Shown here: one piece after another, positions 30,056-41,250 of the stretch | How positions within the stretch are numbered: the stretch's first letter is position 1 | How the letters are laid out: every line of letters starts with the position of its first letter | Assembly: GCA_040768745.1 (NCBI GenBank) | Contig: JAXGMI010000001.1 | Coordinates: 1,280,001-1,344,000, forward strand | DNA from: Desulfomicrobium sp. | GTDB lineage: Bacteria > Desulfobacterota > Desulfovibrionia > Desulfovibrionales > Desulfomicrobiaceae | DNA: 64,000 bases | Direction of reading: 5' to 3' | The notes under the pieces: generated by a model | Database searches by the model: none | Told to the model about the DNA's origin: nothing | What the model saw: only the letters and a program-made list of their open reading frames with translations | Program-made: the position numbers and the translations under genes

Positions 30056-30711
30056 TGGGTGCCAGACCCCTGCTTCGACTGGACGCGGTCAGCCATTTTT
30101 TCGGCTCGCGTCTGATCTTCAAGGGTGTGACCTGCGCCCTTGAACCAGGCAGCATTATGCTTGTGGCCGGGCCTAACGGGGCGGGCAAGTCCACTCTCCT
30201 GAAGATCATGGCCGGACTTCTCACGCCCCAGGCCGGACGGGTCGAACGGACGGTCCCAGATCGGGCCATGGCCTTCATGGGCCATCAGACCTTCATCTAT
30301 CCATCCCTTTCGGCCTTGGCGAATCTGGAATTCTGGGACGCGCTCTACGGCCGACGGTTGGACCAGGCCGGGATCATGGCCCTTCTGGACAGGGTTGGCC
30401 TGAAAGCCTTTGCCCTGGAAGCGGCCGGGACCTTTTCCCGGGGCATGGCCCAGCGCCTTTCCCTGGCCCGGGCACTTCTGGTAGATCCCCTTCTCCTGTT
30501 CCTGGATGAACCGGCCACTGGCCTGGACAAAGCCTCCCTTACCCTGCTGCACGGTGAACTGGAGAAAGCCCGGATCCGCGGGGCCGGAATTGTGTGGATC
30601 TCCCACGACCTGGAGCGTGATCTGCCCAGGGCTGACACCCTGCTGCGCCTTGGCGGGCGGGCCATGACCTATTTTGGCCCGGCCTCTGGTCTGGATGTGG
30701 AGGGGTCATGA
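30052..30711 (+). CDS. ccmA: Heme ABC exporter ATPase CcmA
   Basis: Motifs GPNGAGKST, FSRGMAQR and LDEP. Confidence 0.92.
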   Translation: MMGARPLLRLDAVSHFFGSRLIFKGVTCALEPGSIMLVAGPNGAGKSTLLKIMAGLLTPQAGRVERTVPDRAMAFMGHQTFIYPSLSALANLEFWDALYGRRLDQAGIMALLDRVGLKAFALEAAGTFSRGMAQRLSLARALLVDPLLLFLDEPATGLDKASLTLLHGELEKARIRGAGIVWISHDLERDLPRADTLLRLGGRAMTYFGPASGLDVEGS

Positions 30712-31382
30712 TTGGTCATGCAATGGCCGTGGCCCACAAGGATTTGCGCCTGGCCTTCGCCCATGGGCAGGGTCCGGTCCAGGCCATTCTGCTCGGCCTT
30801 CTGCTGGTGTTCATGTTCTCTCTTTCGGCCCAGCCAGGCGAGCGTTTCACGCCCCAGCAGGGTGTGGCCATTTTTTGGCTGTGCAGCGCCTTTGGCGTGG
30901 TCCTCATTTTTTCGCTCCTCTTTCGCTTCGAGGAGGAGAACGATACGGCCACCGCCTTGCTCCTCTCCCCCCTGCCAATCCAGGGACTGTGGCTGGGCAA
31001 GACCATGGCCGGGTTCGTGCTGCTGGCCCTCTGCCAAGTTTTCTTCTTTCCCGCCGCCCTGGTCTTTCTGGGTCTGGACCCCGGAGGGAGTCTGGGCTCC
31101 ATGCTGGTCATGGTCGTGAGCGTGGATCTGGGGCTGTGCATCCTGGGCGGGCTGGTCGGGGCCATGGGGCACGGCCAGGGCGCCAAGGACGCGCTGCTGA
31201 CCATCATCGTTTTTCCGCTGCAGATTCCTCTTCTGCTGGGCGGAATCCGCATTGGAGTCGGGCTCATGCAGGGCGAGGACCTGGCTGGGCTGGGCGACTG
31301 GTTCGGGCTGGTCTTGGCCTTTGACGCCGTTTTTGCCGGAGCGGCGCTTTTTCTCTTTCCCCATGTTTTCCGCGGCGAATGA
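30708..31382 (+). CDS. ccmB: Heme exporter CcmB
   Basis: Six-TM protein with IVFPLQIPLLL, in the expected operon position. Confidence 0.88.
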   Translation: MIGHAMAVAHKDLRLAFAHGQGPVQAILLGLLLVFMFSLSAQPGERFTPQQGVAIFWLCSAFGVVLIFSLLFRFEEENDTATALLLSPLPIQGLWLGKTMAGFVLLALCQVFFFPAALVFLGLDPGGSLGSMLVMVVSVDLGLCILGGLVGAMGHGQGAKDALLTIIVFPLQIPLLLGGIRIGVGLMQGEDLAGLGDWFGLVLAFDAVFAGAALFLFPHVFRGE

Positions 31383-32089
31383 GGGACGGTTGGATGGAAC
31401 GAATGCACTCAAGATGGCTCATGCTCCTGGCGCCAGCCGCCATGGCCCTGATGACCGTGGGGCAGTACTTCATTTGGATCTATGCCCCGGAAGAAGCGAC
31501 CATGGGCCTGGTGCAGAAGATTTTTTATTTTCACCTCCCTTTGGCGTGGTGGGCCTTTGCCGCATTTTTCGGGGTTTTTGTGTCCAGCATCCTTGTTCTT
31601 GTGACCAAGCGGGAAGACTGGGATGTCTGGGCCGCGGCCCTGGCCGAAGCGGGGGTGCTCCTGAGCGGTCTGGCCCTGGTGAGCGGGTCCGTCTGGGGGC
31701 GGGCGGCGTGGAATACATGGTGGACCTGGGACCCGCGATTGTCCACGACCCTGGTCATGTGGTTCGTATACGCGGGCTACCTCGTGCTGCGGGCCGCAGA
31801 CGTCGGCGGGGCCAAGGCTGCGCGAGTGCGGGCCGTCCTGGGCATCGTCGCTTTTCTGGACGTGCCCCTGGTGTTTGTTTCCGCCCGGCTGTGGCGCTCC
31901 ATCCACCCGTCTGTTTTTGCGTCCAAAAGCGGAGGCCTCGAGCCGGAAATGTGGACGACTGTTTGGATCAATGTTCTGGCCTGGGGTGTGCTCTGCACGG
32001 CCCTGGTCCTGACCCGCTACCACGGGATGACCCTGCGGCATCGGGTCGAGGCAGCCCTGGTCCGGATGCAGGAGAAGACCTTGCAATGA
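31379..32089 (+). CDS. ccmC: Heme exporter CcmC
   Basis: Motifs QKIFYFH, WNTWWTWDPRL and WRSIHP. Confidence 0.94.
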   Translation: MRDGWMERMHSRWLMLLAPAAMALMTVGQYFIWIYAPEEATMGLVQKIFYFHLPLAWWAFAAFFGVFVSSILVLVTKREDWDVWAAALAEAGVLLSGLALVSGSVWGRAAWNTWWTWDPRLSTTLVMWFVYAGYLVLRAADVGGAKAARVRAVLGIVAFLDVPLVFVSARLWRSIHPSVFASKSGGLEPEMWTTVWINVLAWGVLCTALVLTRYHGMTLRHRVEAALVRMQEKTLQ

Positions 32090-32099
32090 GAGGTGAGGC

Positions 32100-32231
32100 A
32101 TGAATTATCTGTTGATCGCCAATGTGTGTATTTGGCTGGGCGTGGGCGGCTACGTCCTCTTCCTGGCCCGGCAGCACAGCGCCCTTGAGCGCCGCGTGCG
32201 GCAGCTGGAGATTCTCGATGGAGACAAGTAG
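32100..32231 (+). CDS. ccmD: CcmD-family protein (43 aa; not in the ORF track)
   Basis: MNYLLIANVCIWLGVGGYVLFLARQHSALERRVRQLEILDGDK, with a GAGG RBS. Confidence 0.85.
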   Translation: MNYLLIANVCIWLGVGGYVLFLARQHSALERRVRQLEILDGDK

Positions 32232-32802
32232 CGCTTTCCCGCAGGCCCATCGGCAACGGGTCGTTGTTTTCGTATTTGCCTGCCTTGCGGCCCTGGTCTT
32301 TGCCGGCGTGGTCTACAGGGTGGAAAATCCGTCCATCGTGCAGCATGAGGAGCGCCAGCAGATGCCCGCAAGCGGCGGGATGCAGGGCATGGGCGACATG
32401 GCCGGGATTTCCGGCCTGATGAAGAAGCTGCAGGAGAATCCCGAGGACATGGAGGCCATGCGCTCCCTGGGCATGTCCTTCATGGAGATGCGGGCCTGGG
32501 ACAAGGCCATGTCGTTTTGGGACATGATCCTGACCAGGGCCGGCAATGATGTCATGGCCCTGAACCAGAAGGGCTTCTGCCTCTTCGAACTGGAGCGCTA
32601 TGCCGAGGCTGCCGAGCTGTTCGAGAAAATGCTGGGCATCGAATCCGGGAACCACCATGCCCATTTCAATCTGGGCATCATCTACAAATACTACCTGTCT
32701 GACCCTGACAAGGCTGCGGCTCATTTCCAGGCCGTACTGGACGCCAGTCCCAACGATCCGGAGCTTATGGAAAGCACGCGGCGGGAGTTGGCTGGCAAAT
32801 AG
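32218..32802 (+). CDS. Membrane-anchored TPR protein, CcmI-like
   Basis: N-terminal TM segment, Met/Gly-rich linker and TPR repeats. Last gene of the ccm operon. Confidence 0.8.
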   Translation: METSSAFPQAHRQRVVVFVFACLAALVFAGVVYRVENPSIVQHEERQQMPASGGMQGMGDMAGISGLMKKLQENPEDMEAMRSLGMSFMEMRAWDKAMSFWDMILTRAGNDVMALNQKGFCLFELERYAEAAELFEKMLGIESGNHHAHFNLGIIYKYYLSDPDKAAAHFQAVLDASPNDPELMESTRRELAGK

Positions 32803-32933
32803 CATGCCGTACCTGTTTGACACCGCAAAGGTGCAAATGGTATGGACCTCGATTCGTTTCCGCAAGCGCTCTGGCTGGTTCCGGGAGCCGCTGGTCGACA
32901 CCCCCCCCTAACGTGAATATTGTGGAGGAACTG

Positions 32934-34046
32934 ATGAACCGTTTTTCTGGTCTTGTGGTTGCAGCGTGTCTGAGTTTGTTTTCCAGCGCTGCGTTTGGCG
33001 CCGATTCGATCAAGATCGGCGTGGCTGGCGCCCATACCGGTGACCTGGCTTCCTACGGCCTGCCCACGGTCAACGCGGCCAAGCTGGTGGCCAAGGACGT
33101 CAACGCCAAGGGCGGCATCGATGGCAAGCAGGTCGAGCTCCTGATCCAGGACGAGGAATGCAAGCCCGAGAAGGCCACCAATGCCGCCACCAAGCTGGTT
33201 TCCGACGGGGCTGTTGTCGTGCTCGGCCACATCTGTTCCGGGGCGACCAAGGCAGCCCTGCCCATTTACACTGAGGCCAAGATCGTGACCATGTCGCCTT
33301 CGGCCACGAATCCGGAATTGACCCAGAGCGGCCAGTACCCGACGTTCTTCCGTACCATCGCTGCGGACGATGCACAGGCCAAGCTGGGTGTGGAGTTCGC
33401 CATCGCCAAGCTCGGAGCCAAGAAGATCGCCGTGCTGCACGACAAGGGCGACTATGGCAAAGGGTACGCGGAATTCGCACAGAAGTTCATCAAGGAAGGC
33501 GGCAAAGCCGAAGTGGCCCTTTTTGAAGGCGTGACTCCCGGTGCGGTGGACTACTCCGCCGTGGTGCAGAAGATCCGGCAGTCAGGGGCCGACACGGTCA
33601 TGTTCGGGGGCTATCACCCCGAGGCTTCCAAGATTGTGGCCCAGCTGAAGAAGAAGAGGGTGGACGTGAAGTTCATCTCCGATGACGGCGTCAAGGACGA
33701 CACCTTCATCAAGGTCGCCGGCGCCGACGCCGAGGGCGTCTACGCTTCCGGTCCCCAGGATGTCAGCGGTCTGGAGCTGAACAAGAAGGCCCGCGCCGCC
33801 CACGTGGCCGAGTTCGGCGCCGAGCCGGGCGCGTTCTTCGACGCCGCCTATGCGGCCATGCTGGCCCTGGTCAACGCCATCGACAAGGCCGACTCCACAG
33901 ACTCGGTCAAGATCATGGCCGCCCTGCGCTCCGAAAAAGTGGACACCACCGTGGGTACGATCAAGTTTGACTCCCGCGGCGATGCCGAAGGCGTGGGCTT
34001 TTCCATGTACCAGGTCAAGGGTGGCAAATACATGGAATTGAAGTAG
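32934..34046 (+). CDS. livK: Branched-chain amino acid ABC transporter substrate-binding protein
   Basis: Signal peptide plus IKIGVAG, GHICSGAT and FFRTIAADDAQ. Confidence 0.92.
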   Translation: MNRFSGLVVAACLSLFSSAAFGADSIKIGVAGAHTGDLASYGLPTVNAAKLVAKDVNAKGGIDGKQVELLIQDEECKPEKATNAATKLVSDGAVVVLGHICSGATKAALPIYTEAKIVTMSPSATNPELTQSGQYPTFFRTIAADDAQAKLGVEFAIAKLGAKKIAVLHDKGDYGKGYAEFAQKFIKEGGKAEVALFEGVTPGAVDYSAVVQKIRQSGADTVMFGGYHPEASKIVAQLKKKRVDVKFISDDGVKDDTFIKVAGADAEGVYASGPQDVSGLELNKKARAAHVAEFGAEPGAFFDAAYAAMLALVNAIDKADSTDSVKIMAALRSEKVDTTVGTIKFDSRGDAEGVGFSMYQVKGGKYMELK

Positions 34047-34072
34047 GAAGGCGCCGACATGTGATGCGTATC

Positions 34073-34105
34073 AACCGGGGGACGGGCTGGGCCTGTCCCC
34101 CGGTT
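34073..34105 (+). terminator. Intercistronic hairpin after livK
   Basis: AACCGGGGGACGGG...CCTGTCCCCCGGTT. Confidence 0.55.
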
Positions 34106-34155
34106 ATTTCAACGGACTGGTGGAACCGACAGCCGGCCGCAATGGACAACACAAT

Positions 34156-35064
34156 ATGGATTGGCAGTATTTTTCCGAGCTTTTTCTGGGCGGTCTGACC
34201 CGCGGGAGCATCTATGCCCTCATCGCCATCGGGTACACCATGGTCTACGGGATCATAGAGTTGATCAACTTCGCCCATGGTGAGGTCTACATGCTCGGCG
34301 CATTCGTGGGCCTCATCGTGGCTGGTGTGCTGGGGATCATGGGGTTTCCCGCCCCGGCCATCCTGGTCCTCGCGGCGGTGGTGGCCATCATCTATTGCGC
34401 CGGATATGGCTACACCATGGAAAAGATCGCCTACAAACCCCTGCGCGGGGCCGGGCGTCTTTCCCCCCTCATTTCGGCCATCGGAATGTCCCTGTTCCTC
34501 CAGAACTACATCATCCTGGCCCAGACCTCCGACTTTATGCCTTTTCCCCGCCTCATACCCGATTTCGCCTTTTTGGAGCCCGTGGCCCATGTTTTCGGGT
34601 CCTCTGATTTTGTCATCGTCGCCACCAGCGCCCTGTTCATGGCCGCGCTGACAGTCTTCATCAAGTACACCAAGATGGGCAAGGCCATGCGGGCCACGGC
34701 CCAGAACCGCAAGATGGCCATGCTCCTGGGCGTGGATGCGGACAGAGTCATTTCCATCACCTTCATCTTGGGGTCGTCTCTGGCAGCACTGGGCGGCGTG
34801 CTTATCGCGTCCCATGTGGGCATGGTCAATTTCGCCATCGGTTTTGTGGCCGGCATCAAGGCCTTCACCGCAGCGGTCCTGGGTGGTATAGGCTCCATCC
34901 CGGGGGCCATGCTGGGTGGACTTTTTCTCGGTCTGTCCGAAAGTTTTGCCACCGGATATATTTCCAGCGATTACGAAGACGTGTTTGCCTTCACCCTGCT
35001 GGTGGTCTTTTTGATTTTCCGCCCGTCGGGCATCATGGGCAAGGCCAAGGTCGAAAAGGTTTAA
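34156..35064 (+). CDS. livH: BCAA ABC permease
   Basis: Motifs YALIAIGYTMVYG, NFAHGE and VLGGIGSIPGA. Confidence 0.95.
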   Translation: MDWQYFSELFLGGLTRGSIYALIAIGYTMVYGIIELINFAHGEVYMLGAFVGLIVAGVLGIMGFPAPAILVLAAVVAIIYCAGYGYTMEKIAYKPLRGAGRLSPLISAIGMSLFLQNYIILAQTSDFMPFPRLIPDFAFLEPVAHVFGSSDFVIVATSALFMAALTVFIKYTKMGKAMRATAQNRKMAMLLGVDADRVISITFILGSSLAALGGVLIASHVGMVNFAIGFVAGIKAFTAAVLGGIGSIPGAMLGGLFLGLSESFATGYISSDYEDVFAFTLLVVFLIFRPSGIMGKAKVEKV

Positions 35065-35092
35065 GGCGTTTCAAACGCATCGGGATGCGACA

Positions 35093-36310
35093 ATGCAGGA
35101 ATTGAAAAAATCGGTGCTGGTCAGCCTCTGGTTCATGTTTCTGACCTTCCCCATCATGGTCGTCCGCGTGGTGGAGAAGTCCGTGGTCTTGCGCTGGGAA
35201 AATCTGGCCTGGATCGGGATCGGCAGCTTCGTGTTGTCCTTTGTCTGGCGCTGGGCCCTGCGCCGTAAGGAGATGGGCCGGGCCGCGAGCAGGGAGGGCG
35301 CAAATAATCCCGGCCTCATGGCGCAATTGGCAGGCGCCAACCCCGCGTTGGTCCGGGCAGGGTCAGCCCTGCTGCTGGTGGCGTTTGCGGTGATCCCCTG
35401 GCTGGTGACGACATACCAGACCAACATCCTTATTTCGTTCATGCTCTATGTTATTCTGGGCTTGGGGCTCAACGTTATCGTGGGCATAGCCGGGCTTCTT
35501 TTTCTGGGCCATGCGGCGTTTTATGCCATCGGGGCCTATTCGTACGCCCTGCTGAACCAGTATTTCGGCCTGGGCTTTTGGGTGGCCCTGCCCGTTGGCG
35601 GGATTGTCGCCTCCCTGGCCGGGGTGGCCCTGGCTTTTCCGGTTCTGCGTCTGCGGGGGGATTATCTGGCCATCGTGACCCTGGGGTTCGGGGAAATCGT
35701 GCGCCTCGTCCTGGAGAACTGGAGTTCACTGACCGGTGGACCATCCGGTGTTTCCAACATTCCCCGCCCCGGGCTGATGAACATGGAATTGTCCGTGGCC
35801 GGAGCGAACATCTACATCTACTACATCGTTTTCGTCCTGGCCGTGATCACCATTGTGGCCGTCTCCAGGCTCAAGGACTCCCGCATCGGCCGCGCCCTGC
35901 AGGCCCTCCGGGAGGACGAGATCGCCTGTGAGGCCATGGGCATCGACCGGGTCGGAGTGAAACTCATGGCCTTCGGCCTCGGCACGGCCTGGGCCGGCTT
36001 TGCCGGTGTGGTCTTCGCGGCCAAGACCACCTTCATCAATCCGGCCAGCTTCACGTTTTTCGAGTCCGCCATCATTCTATCCATCGTGGTCCTCGGGGGC
36101 ATGGGTTCCAATCTTGGCGTGATCATGGGCTCCGCCTTCCTCGTGCTGCTGCCCGAGTACATGCGGGCCTTTTCCGAGTACCGCATGATCCTGTTTGCCG
36201 CGGCCATGGTCCTGATGATGGTCTTCCGGCCAGAGGGTCTCATCCCTGCCACAGGACGCAGGTACGAGGTGAACGATCCCGAGTTGGCCGCCAGCGGGGA
36301 GGGGCGTTAG
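35093..36310 (+). CDS. livM: BCAA ABC permease
   Basis: Motifs LRLRGDYLAIVTLGFGEI and VVLGGMGS. Confidence 0.95.
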   Translation: MQELKKSVLVSLWFMFLTFPIMVVRVVEKSVVLRWENLAWIGIGSFVLSFVWRWALRRKEMGRAASREGANNPGLMAQLAGANPALVRAGSALLLVAFAVIPWLVTTYQTNILISFMLYVILGLGLNVIVGIAGLLFLGHAAFYAIGAYSYALLNQYFGLGFWVALPVGGIVASLAGVALAFPVLRLRGDYLAIVTLGFGEIVRLVLENWSSLTGGPSGVSNIPRPGLMNMELSVAGANIYIYYIVFVLAVITIVAVSRLKDSRIGRALQALREDEIACEAMGIDRVGVKLMAFGLGTAWAGFAGVVFAAKTTFINPASFTFFESAIILSIVVLGGMGSNLGVIMGSAFLVLLPEYMRAFSEYRMILFAAAMVLMMVFRPEGLIPATGRRYEVNDPELAASGEGR

Positions 36311-37099
36311 ATGGGAGGGGTACTCGACGTTACGGCCGTGTCCATGAATTTCGGGGGACTGCGCGCGCTCAATGAAGTGGACATGCAGGTCAAATCCGGT
36401 GAAATCGTGGCCCTGATCGGCCCCAACGGGGCGGGCAAGACCACATTTTTCAACTGCATAACCAGCATCTATGCGCCCACTGAAGGCGAGGTCTGGTTCA
36501 CCCCCAAGCAGGGGGCCAGGACCCGGGTCAATGGGATGAAGCCCAATCTGGTCACGGCCCTGGGCATGGCCCGGACGTTTCAGAACATCCGTCTGTTCAA
36601 GAACATGAGCGTTCTGGAAAACGTGATGATCGCCCGGCATTGCCGGACCAGAGCCGGGATTTTGGGCGCCCTGTTCCGGCCTGCCGCAGTGCGGAAGGAG
36701 GAGCGGGAAATCGTCGAGCGCAGCTATGAATTGCTCAAGTACATCGGACTGCACAGGTCCTACAACGAACAGGCCTGCAACCTGCCGTACGGGGCCCAGC
36801 GCCGGCTGGAGATCGCCCGCGCCCTGGCCACGGACCCGACTCTTCTCCTGCTGGATGAACCAGCGGCAGGCATGAATCCCCAGGAGACCGAATCCCTCAA
36901 GCATCTTGTGCAGAAGATCCGCGACGAGATGGACATAGCCATCCTGCTCATCGAGCATGACATGAGCATGGTCATGAGTCTGTCCGAACGGATCTACGTC
37001 ATGGAATACGGCTGCCTGATCGCCCAGGGAACGCCGGCGGAAGTGAGCATGGATCCACGGGTCATCAAAGCCTATCTTGGGGAGGAAGCCCATGCTTGA
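36311..37099 (+). CDS. livG: BCAA ABC ATPase
   Basis: Motifs GPNGAGKTT, ARTFQNIRLF and LDEPAAGMN. Confidence 0.95.
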   Translation: MGGVLDVTAVSMNFGGLRALNEVDMQVKSGEIVALIGPNGAGKTTFFNCITSIYAPTEGEVWFTPKQGARTRVNGMKPNLVTALGMARTFQNIRLFKNMSVLENVMIARHCRTRAGILGALFRPAAVRKEEREIVERSYELLKYIGLHRSYNEQACNLPYGAQRRLEIARALATDPTLLLLDEPAAGMNPQETESLKHLVQKIRDEMDIAILLIEHDMSMVMSLSERIYVMEYGCLIAQGTPAEVSMDPRVIKAYLGEEAHA

Positions 37100-37796
37100 A
37101 CTGCGTGGAGTCAGCACCTTCTACGGAAATATTCAGGCTCTGCACGAGATTTCCCTGATTATCCGCCAGGGGGAGATTGTGACCTTGATCGGGGCCAACG
37201 GAGCGGGCAAGAGCACGACGCTGATGTCCATCTGCGGGGGGACACCGCCGCGCAGTGGGCAGATTATCTTCGAGGGTCAGCCCATCGAGGCCATGCGCCC
37301 CGACAAGATCGTGCGCATGGGCATTTCGCAGGTCCCTGAAGGCCGCCTCATCTTTCCGGACATGACGGTCATGGAGAACCTGGACCTGGGCGCCTTCGTG
37401 CGCAATGACAAGCCGGGCATCCAGGAGGACCTGGACTACGTCTTCAACCTGTTCCCCATCCTGGCCGAACGCCGCAAGCAGATGGGCGGAACGCTGTCCG
37501 GCGGAGAGCAGCAGATGCTGGCCATTTCCCGGGCGCTCATGGCCCGACCCAGGTTGCTGTTGCTGGATGAACCATCCCTGGGACTGGCCCCCATCATCAT
37601 TGCCCAGATTTTTGACATCATCCGCAAGGTCAACGAGGGGGGCACTACGGTTTTTCTCGTGGAGCAGAATGCCAACCAGGCCTTGAAGATTGCGCACCGG
37701 GCCTATGTCATGGAAAACGGGCGGGTCACCCTGGAAGATTCGGCCCAGGCGCTTCTGGCGAACGAGGCAGTCAGAAAGGCCTATCTGGGCCTGTGA
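37092..37796 (+). CDS. livF: BCAA ABC ATPase
   Basis: Motifs [18 protein letters not shown] and [10 protein letters not shown]. Confidence 0.95.
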   Translation: MLELRGVSTFYGNIQALHEISLIIRQGEIVTLIGANGAGKSTTLMSICGGTPPRSGQIIFEGQPIEAMRPDKIVRMGISQVPEGRLIFPDMTVMENLDLGAFVRNDKPGIQEDLDYVFNLFPILAERRKQMGGTLSGGEQQMLAISRALMARPRLLLLDEPSLGLAPIIIAQIFDIIRKVNEGGTTVFLVEQNANQALKIAHRAYVMENGRVTLEDSAQALLANEAVRKAYLGL

Positions 37797-37852
37797 GCCA
37801 AGGGCTACTGAACGGAATCAAACCATTTCCGCAACGCGGAAGAGGAAGAAAT

Positions 37853-39310
37853 ATGCAAAAGATACTCGGCAAGGCCCTCACCTTCGACGATGTCCTGCTT
37901 GTCCCGGCCTACTCGGAAGTGCTGCCGGATCAGGTCGTCCTGAACACGAAGTTGACCAACTCCATCGAATTGAACATCCCCTTTCTGAGTGCGGCCATGG
38001 ACACGGTCACGGAATCGCGTCTGGCCATCGCCCTGGCCCGGACCGGTGGGATCGGCATCGTGCACAAGAACATGTCCATCGAGCAGCAGGCCCTGGAGGT
38101 GGTCAAGGTCAAGAAGTCCGAATCCGGCATGATCGTCGATCCCATCACCGTCGCCCCTGACGACACGGTTGGCCATTGCCTGGAACTGATGCGCGACTAC
38201 CGCATATCAGGTCTGCCTGTGGTCCTGGGTGACCAGCTGGCAGGGATTGTCACCAATCGCGATGTGCGCTTTGTGACCGACCCCGCCGTCAAGGTCAGTG
38301 AGGTCATGACCAGCAAGAATCTGGTCACCGTTCCCGTGGGCATCTCCCTGGAAGACGCCAAGCGTCACCTGCACGACAACCGGATCGAAAAACTTCTGGT
38401 CGTGGACGAAGCCAACAAACTCAAAGGGCTCCTGACCATCAAGGACATTGACAAGGTCCGCAAGTATCCCAATGCTTGCAAGGATGACCTCGGACGGCTG
38501 CGGGTAGGTGCGGCCGTGGGTATCGGCAAGGGCAGGGCCGAGCGGGTCGAGGCCCTGGTCAAGGCCGGAGCGGACGTCATTGTTCTGGATTCGGCCCATG
38601 GCCATTCCAAAAACATCCTCAACGCCGTGGCCTCGACCAAGGCGGACTGGCCCGACATGCAACTCATCGCCGGCAACGTGGCCACGTACGAAGGGGCCAA
38701 GGCCCTGCTTTCGGCCGGAGCCGACGCCATCAAGGTCGGCATCGGGCCGGGCTCCATCTGCACGACGCGCATCGTGGCCGGAGTCGGCGTACCGCAGGTC
38801 ACGGCGATCATGGAATGCGTGCGGGCCTGCCGTGAATACGACCGCTGCTGCATCGCCGACGGCGGGATCAAGTTTTCCGGTGACGTGGTCAAGGCCCTGG
38901 TGGCCGGGGCGAATACTGTCATGATGGGGTCCATGTTCGCCGGCACCGAGGAGAGCCCGGGTGAGAAGATTCTTTATCAGGGCCGGACCTACAAGATCTA
39001 CCGCGGCATGGGCTCCATCGACGCCATGCGGGACGGCAGCAGCGACCGTTACTTCCAGGAGGGCTCCACCAAGCTCGTTCCAGAGGGCATAGTGGGGCGG
39101 GTGCCCTACAAGGGCTCGGTCCTGGAAACCATTGATCAGCTCGTGGGCGGCCTGCGTTCCGGGATGGGCTATCTTGGTACGCAGGACATCCCTGCTCTGC
39201 AGGACAAGGCCCAGTTCGTGGAGATTTCCGCGGCCGGCTTGCGCGAAAGCCATGTGCACGACGTCATCATCACCAAGGAAGCCCCCAACTATCGGGTGGA
39301 CGCCTATTAA
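37853..39310 (+). CDS. guaB: IMP dehydrogenase
   Basis: Motifs [10 protein letters not shown] and [11 protein letters not shown], with a CBS pair. Confidence 0.98.
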   Translation: MQKILGKALTFDDVLLVPAYSEVLPDQVVLNTKLTNSIELNIPFLSAAMDTVTESRLAIALARTGGIGIVHKNMSIEQQALEVVKVKKSESGMIVDPITVAPDDTVGHCLELMRDYRISGLPVVLGDQLAGIVTNRDVRFVTDPAVKVSEVMTSKNLVTVPVGISLEDAKRHLHDNRIEKLLVVDEANKLKGLLTIKDIDKVRKYPNACKDDLGRLRVGAAVGIGKGRAERVEALVKAGADVIVLDSAHGHSKNILNAVASTKADWPDMQLIAGNVATYEGAKALLSAGADAIKVGIGPGSICTTRIVAGVGVPQVTAIMECVRACREYDRCCIADGGIKFSGDVVKALVAGANTVMMGSMFAGTEESPGEKILYQGRTYKIYRGMGSIDAMRDGSSDRYFQEGSTKLVPEGIVGRVPYKGSVLETIDQLVGGLRSGMGYLGTQDIPALQDKAQFVEISAAGLRESHVHDVIITKEAPNYRVDAY

Positions 39311-39357
39311 AAGACAACGCAATACGGCCATCCGCATCTGCGGATGGGGGAAACATC

Positions 39358-40905
39358 ATGCTTATTCAGGAAAAGGTTGTCATTCTTGACTTCGGGTCCC
39401 AGTATACGCAGCTCATTGCCCGGCGCACGCGCGAATCCGGCGTGTATTCAGAAATCCATCCCTGCACCATTCCCACGGAGTCTCTGAAGGCCCTGCAGCC
39501 CAGCGCCATCATCCTGTCCGGTGGCCCGGCCTCGGTCACCAGCCCTGATTCCCCGGCCATTGACCCGGAAATTTTCAGCTGGGGGCTTCCTGTGCTGGGC
39601 ATCTGCTACGGCATGCAGCTCATGGCCCACCTGCTTGGCGGGAAGGTCGCACCTTCCCTGGACCGGGAATATGGTCGCAGCGAGCTGTCATTTGCCGCGC
39701 AATGTCCGCTGTGGACGGGCGTATCGGACAGAGGGTGTCTGACGGTGTGGATGTCCCACGGGGACCATGTTCTGGCCCCACCGCCAGGGTTCACCGTCAT
39801 GGCCAGAACCCAGAGCATCGAGATCGCGGCCATGGCCGACATGGACCGCAGGATGTACGCCTTGCAATTTCATCCCGAAGTGGCCCATACTGAAGAAGGC
39901 GACGAGATCCTGCGCAATTTTCTCTTCCAGGTGGCCGGGCTCAAGTCGTCCTGGACCATGTCTTCCTTTGTGGATTCCATGCTGCACTCCCTGCCGGCGC
40001 AGATCGGCGACGACAAGGTGGTCTGCGGGCTGTCCGGGGGCATCGACTCCACTGTCGTGGCCGTGCTGCTGAACAAGGCCATCGGCAAAAACCTGCATTG
40101 CATCTTTGTGGACAACGGGTTGCTCCGGGCCGGGGAAGGTGAGGAAGTCATCGGGTATCTGCGCCAGCACTTCGATCTGAACCTGCACTACATCAAGGCC
40201 CAGGACAGGTTTTTGTCCCGCCTGCAAGGACTGGAGGACCCGGAGCAGAAGCGCAAGGCCATCGGGTACACCTTCATAGAAGTTTTCGAGGAGGAGGCCA
40301 GGAAGATTTCGGGGGTGAAATATCTGGCCCAGGGCACCCTTTACCCTGATGTCATCGAGTCCGTCAGCTTCAAGGGGCCTTCGGCGGTCATCAAGAGTCA
40401 TCACAATGTCGGCGGTCTGCCGGAGAAAATGAATCTTGCCCTGGTGGAGCCTCTGCGGGAATTGTTCAAGGACGAGGTGCGCAAGGTGGCCCAGGAGCTG
40501 GGCCTGCCCGACTTCATCGTCTGGCGGCATCCCTTTCCTGGTCCCGGCCTGGCCATCCGCGTCATCGGCGAGATCACGGACGCCCGGCTGGAGATCCTGC
40601 GCCAGGCAGACAAGATCGTGCAGCACGAGCTCATGGCCTCGAACTGGTATTACAAGGTCTGGCAGGGCTTTGCCGTGCTTTTGCCGCTGAAGACCGTGGG
40701 CGTCATGGGCGACGAGCGGACCTACGAGCATGTCATCGCCCTGCGCATCGTCGACTCCATCGACGCCATGACCGCGGACTGGTCCCGCATCCCCACGGAG
40801 ATCCTCGGCCGCATCTCCAACCGGATCATCAATGAGGTCAAGGGGGTGAATCGCGTGGTCTACGATATTTCGTCCAAACCGCCGAGCACCATCGAGTGGG
40901 AATAG
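39358..40905 (+). CDS. guaA: GMP synthase
   Basis: Motifs [24 protein letters not shown] and KPPSTIEWE. Confidence 0.98.
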   Translation: MLIQEKVVILDFGSQYTQLIARRTRESGVYSEIHPCTIPTESLKALQPSAIILSGGPASVTSPDSPAIDPEIFSWGLPVLGICYGMQLMAHLLGGKVAPSLDREYGRSELSFAAQCPLWTGVSDRGCLTVWMSHGDHVLAPPPGFTVMARTQSIEIAAMADMDRRMYALQFHPEVAHTEEGDEILRNFLFQVAGLKSSWTMSSFVDSMLHSLPAQIGDDKVVCGLSGGIDSTVVAVLLNKAIGKNLHCIFVDNGLLRAGEGEEVIGYLRQHFDLNLHYIKAQDRFLSRLQGLEDPEQKRKAIGYTFIEVFEEEARKISGVKYLAQGTLYPDVIESVSFKGPSAVIKSHHNVGGLPEKMNLALVEPLRELFKDEVRKVAQELGLPDFIVWRHPFPGPGLAIRVIGEITDARLEILRQADKIVQHELMASNWYYKVWQGFAVLLPLKTVGVMGDERTYEHVIALRIVDSIDAMTADWSRIPTEILGRISNRIINEVKGVNRVVYDISSKPPSTIEWE

Positions 40906-40938
40906 GGCTTGGATGGAACATTCTCGGGAGGTGATGCC

Positions 40939-41250
40939 ATGTTTGGAATAGGTTCGACAGAGCTGCTGGTCATCCTGGTGGTGGCCTTGATCATTCTGGG
41001 GCCGTCGAAGTTGCCAGAGATAGCCAAGTCTCTGGGCAAGGCCCTGGGTGAATTCCGTCGGGTCAGCACGGACGTGAAGCGGACCATAGAAATGGAGGCG
41101 GAACAGGCCGAGCAGAAGGCCAAGACGGAACAGACCAGGAAGGAACTCTTTCCCCAAGGCACGAATGTGGAAACCCCGCAGGACCAGACCGGAGCAACCA
41201 AAGCCAATGATCCAGCCCAGCCCGCGGCAGAGGACAGGGACAAGGCATGA
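40939..41250 (+). CDS. tatB: Tat translocase subunit TatB
   Basis: MFGIGSTELLVILVVALIILGPSKLP has the GP hinge typical of TatB. Confidence 0.85.
   Translation: MFGIGSTELLVILVVALIILGPSKLPEIAKSLGKALGEFRRVSTDVKRTIEMEAEQAEQKAKTEQTRKELFPQGTNVETPQDQTGATKANDPAQPAAEDRDKA

Noticed and set aside
32895..32923. C8 tract between TCGACA and TATTGT as a phase-variable livK promoter
   Set aside because: The implied transcription start would fall after the GGAGG RBS, and the tract is short.
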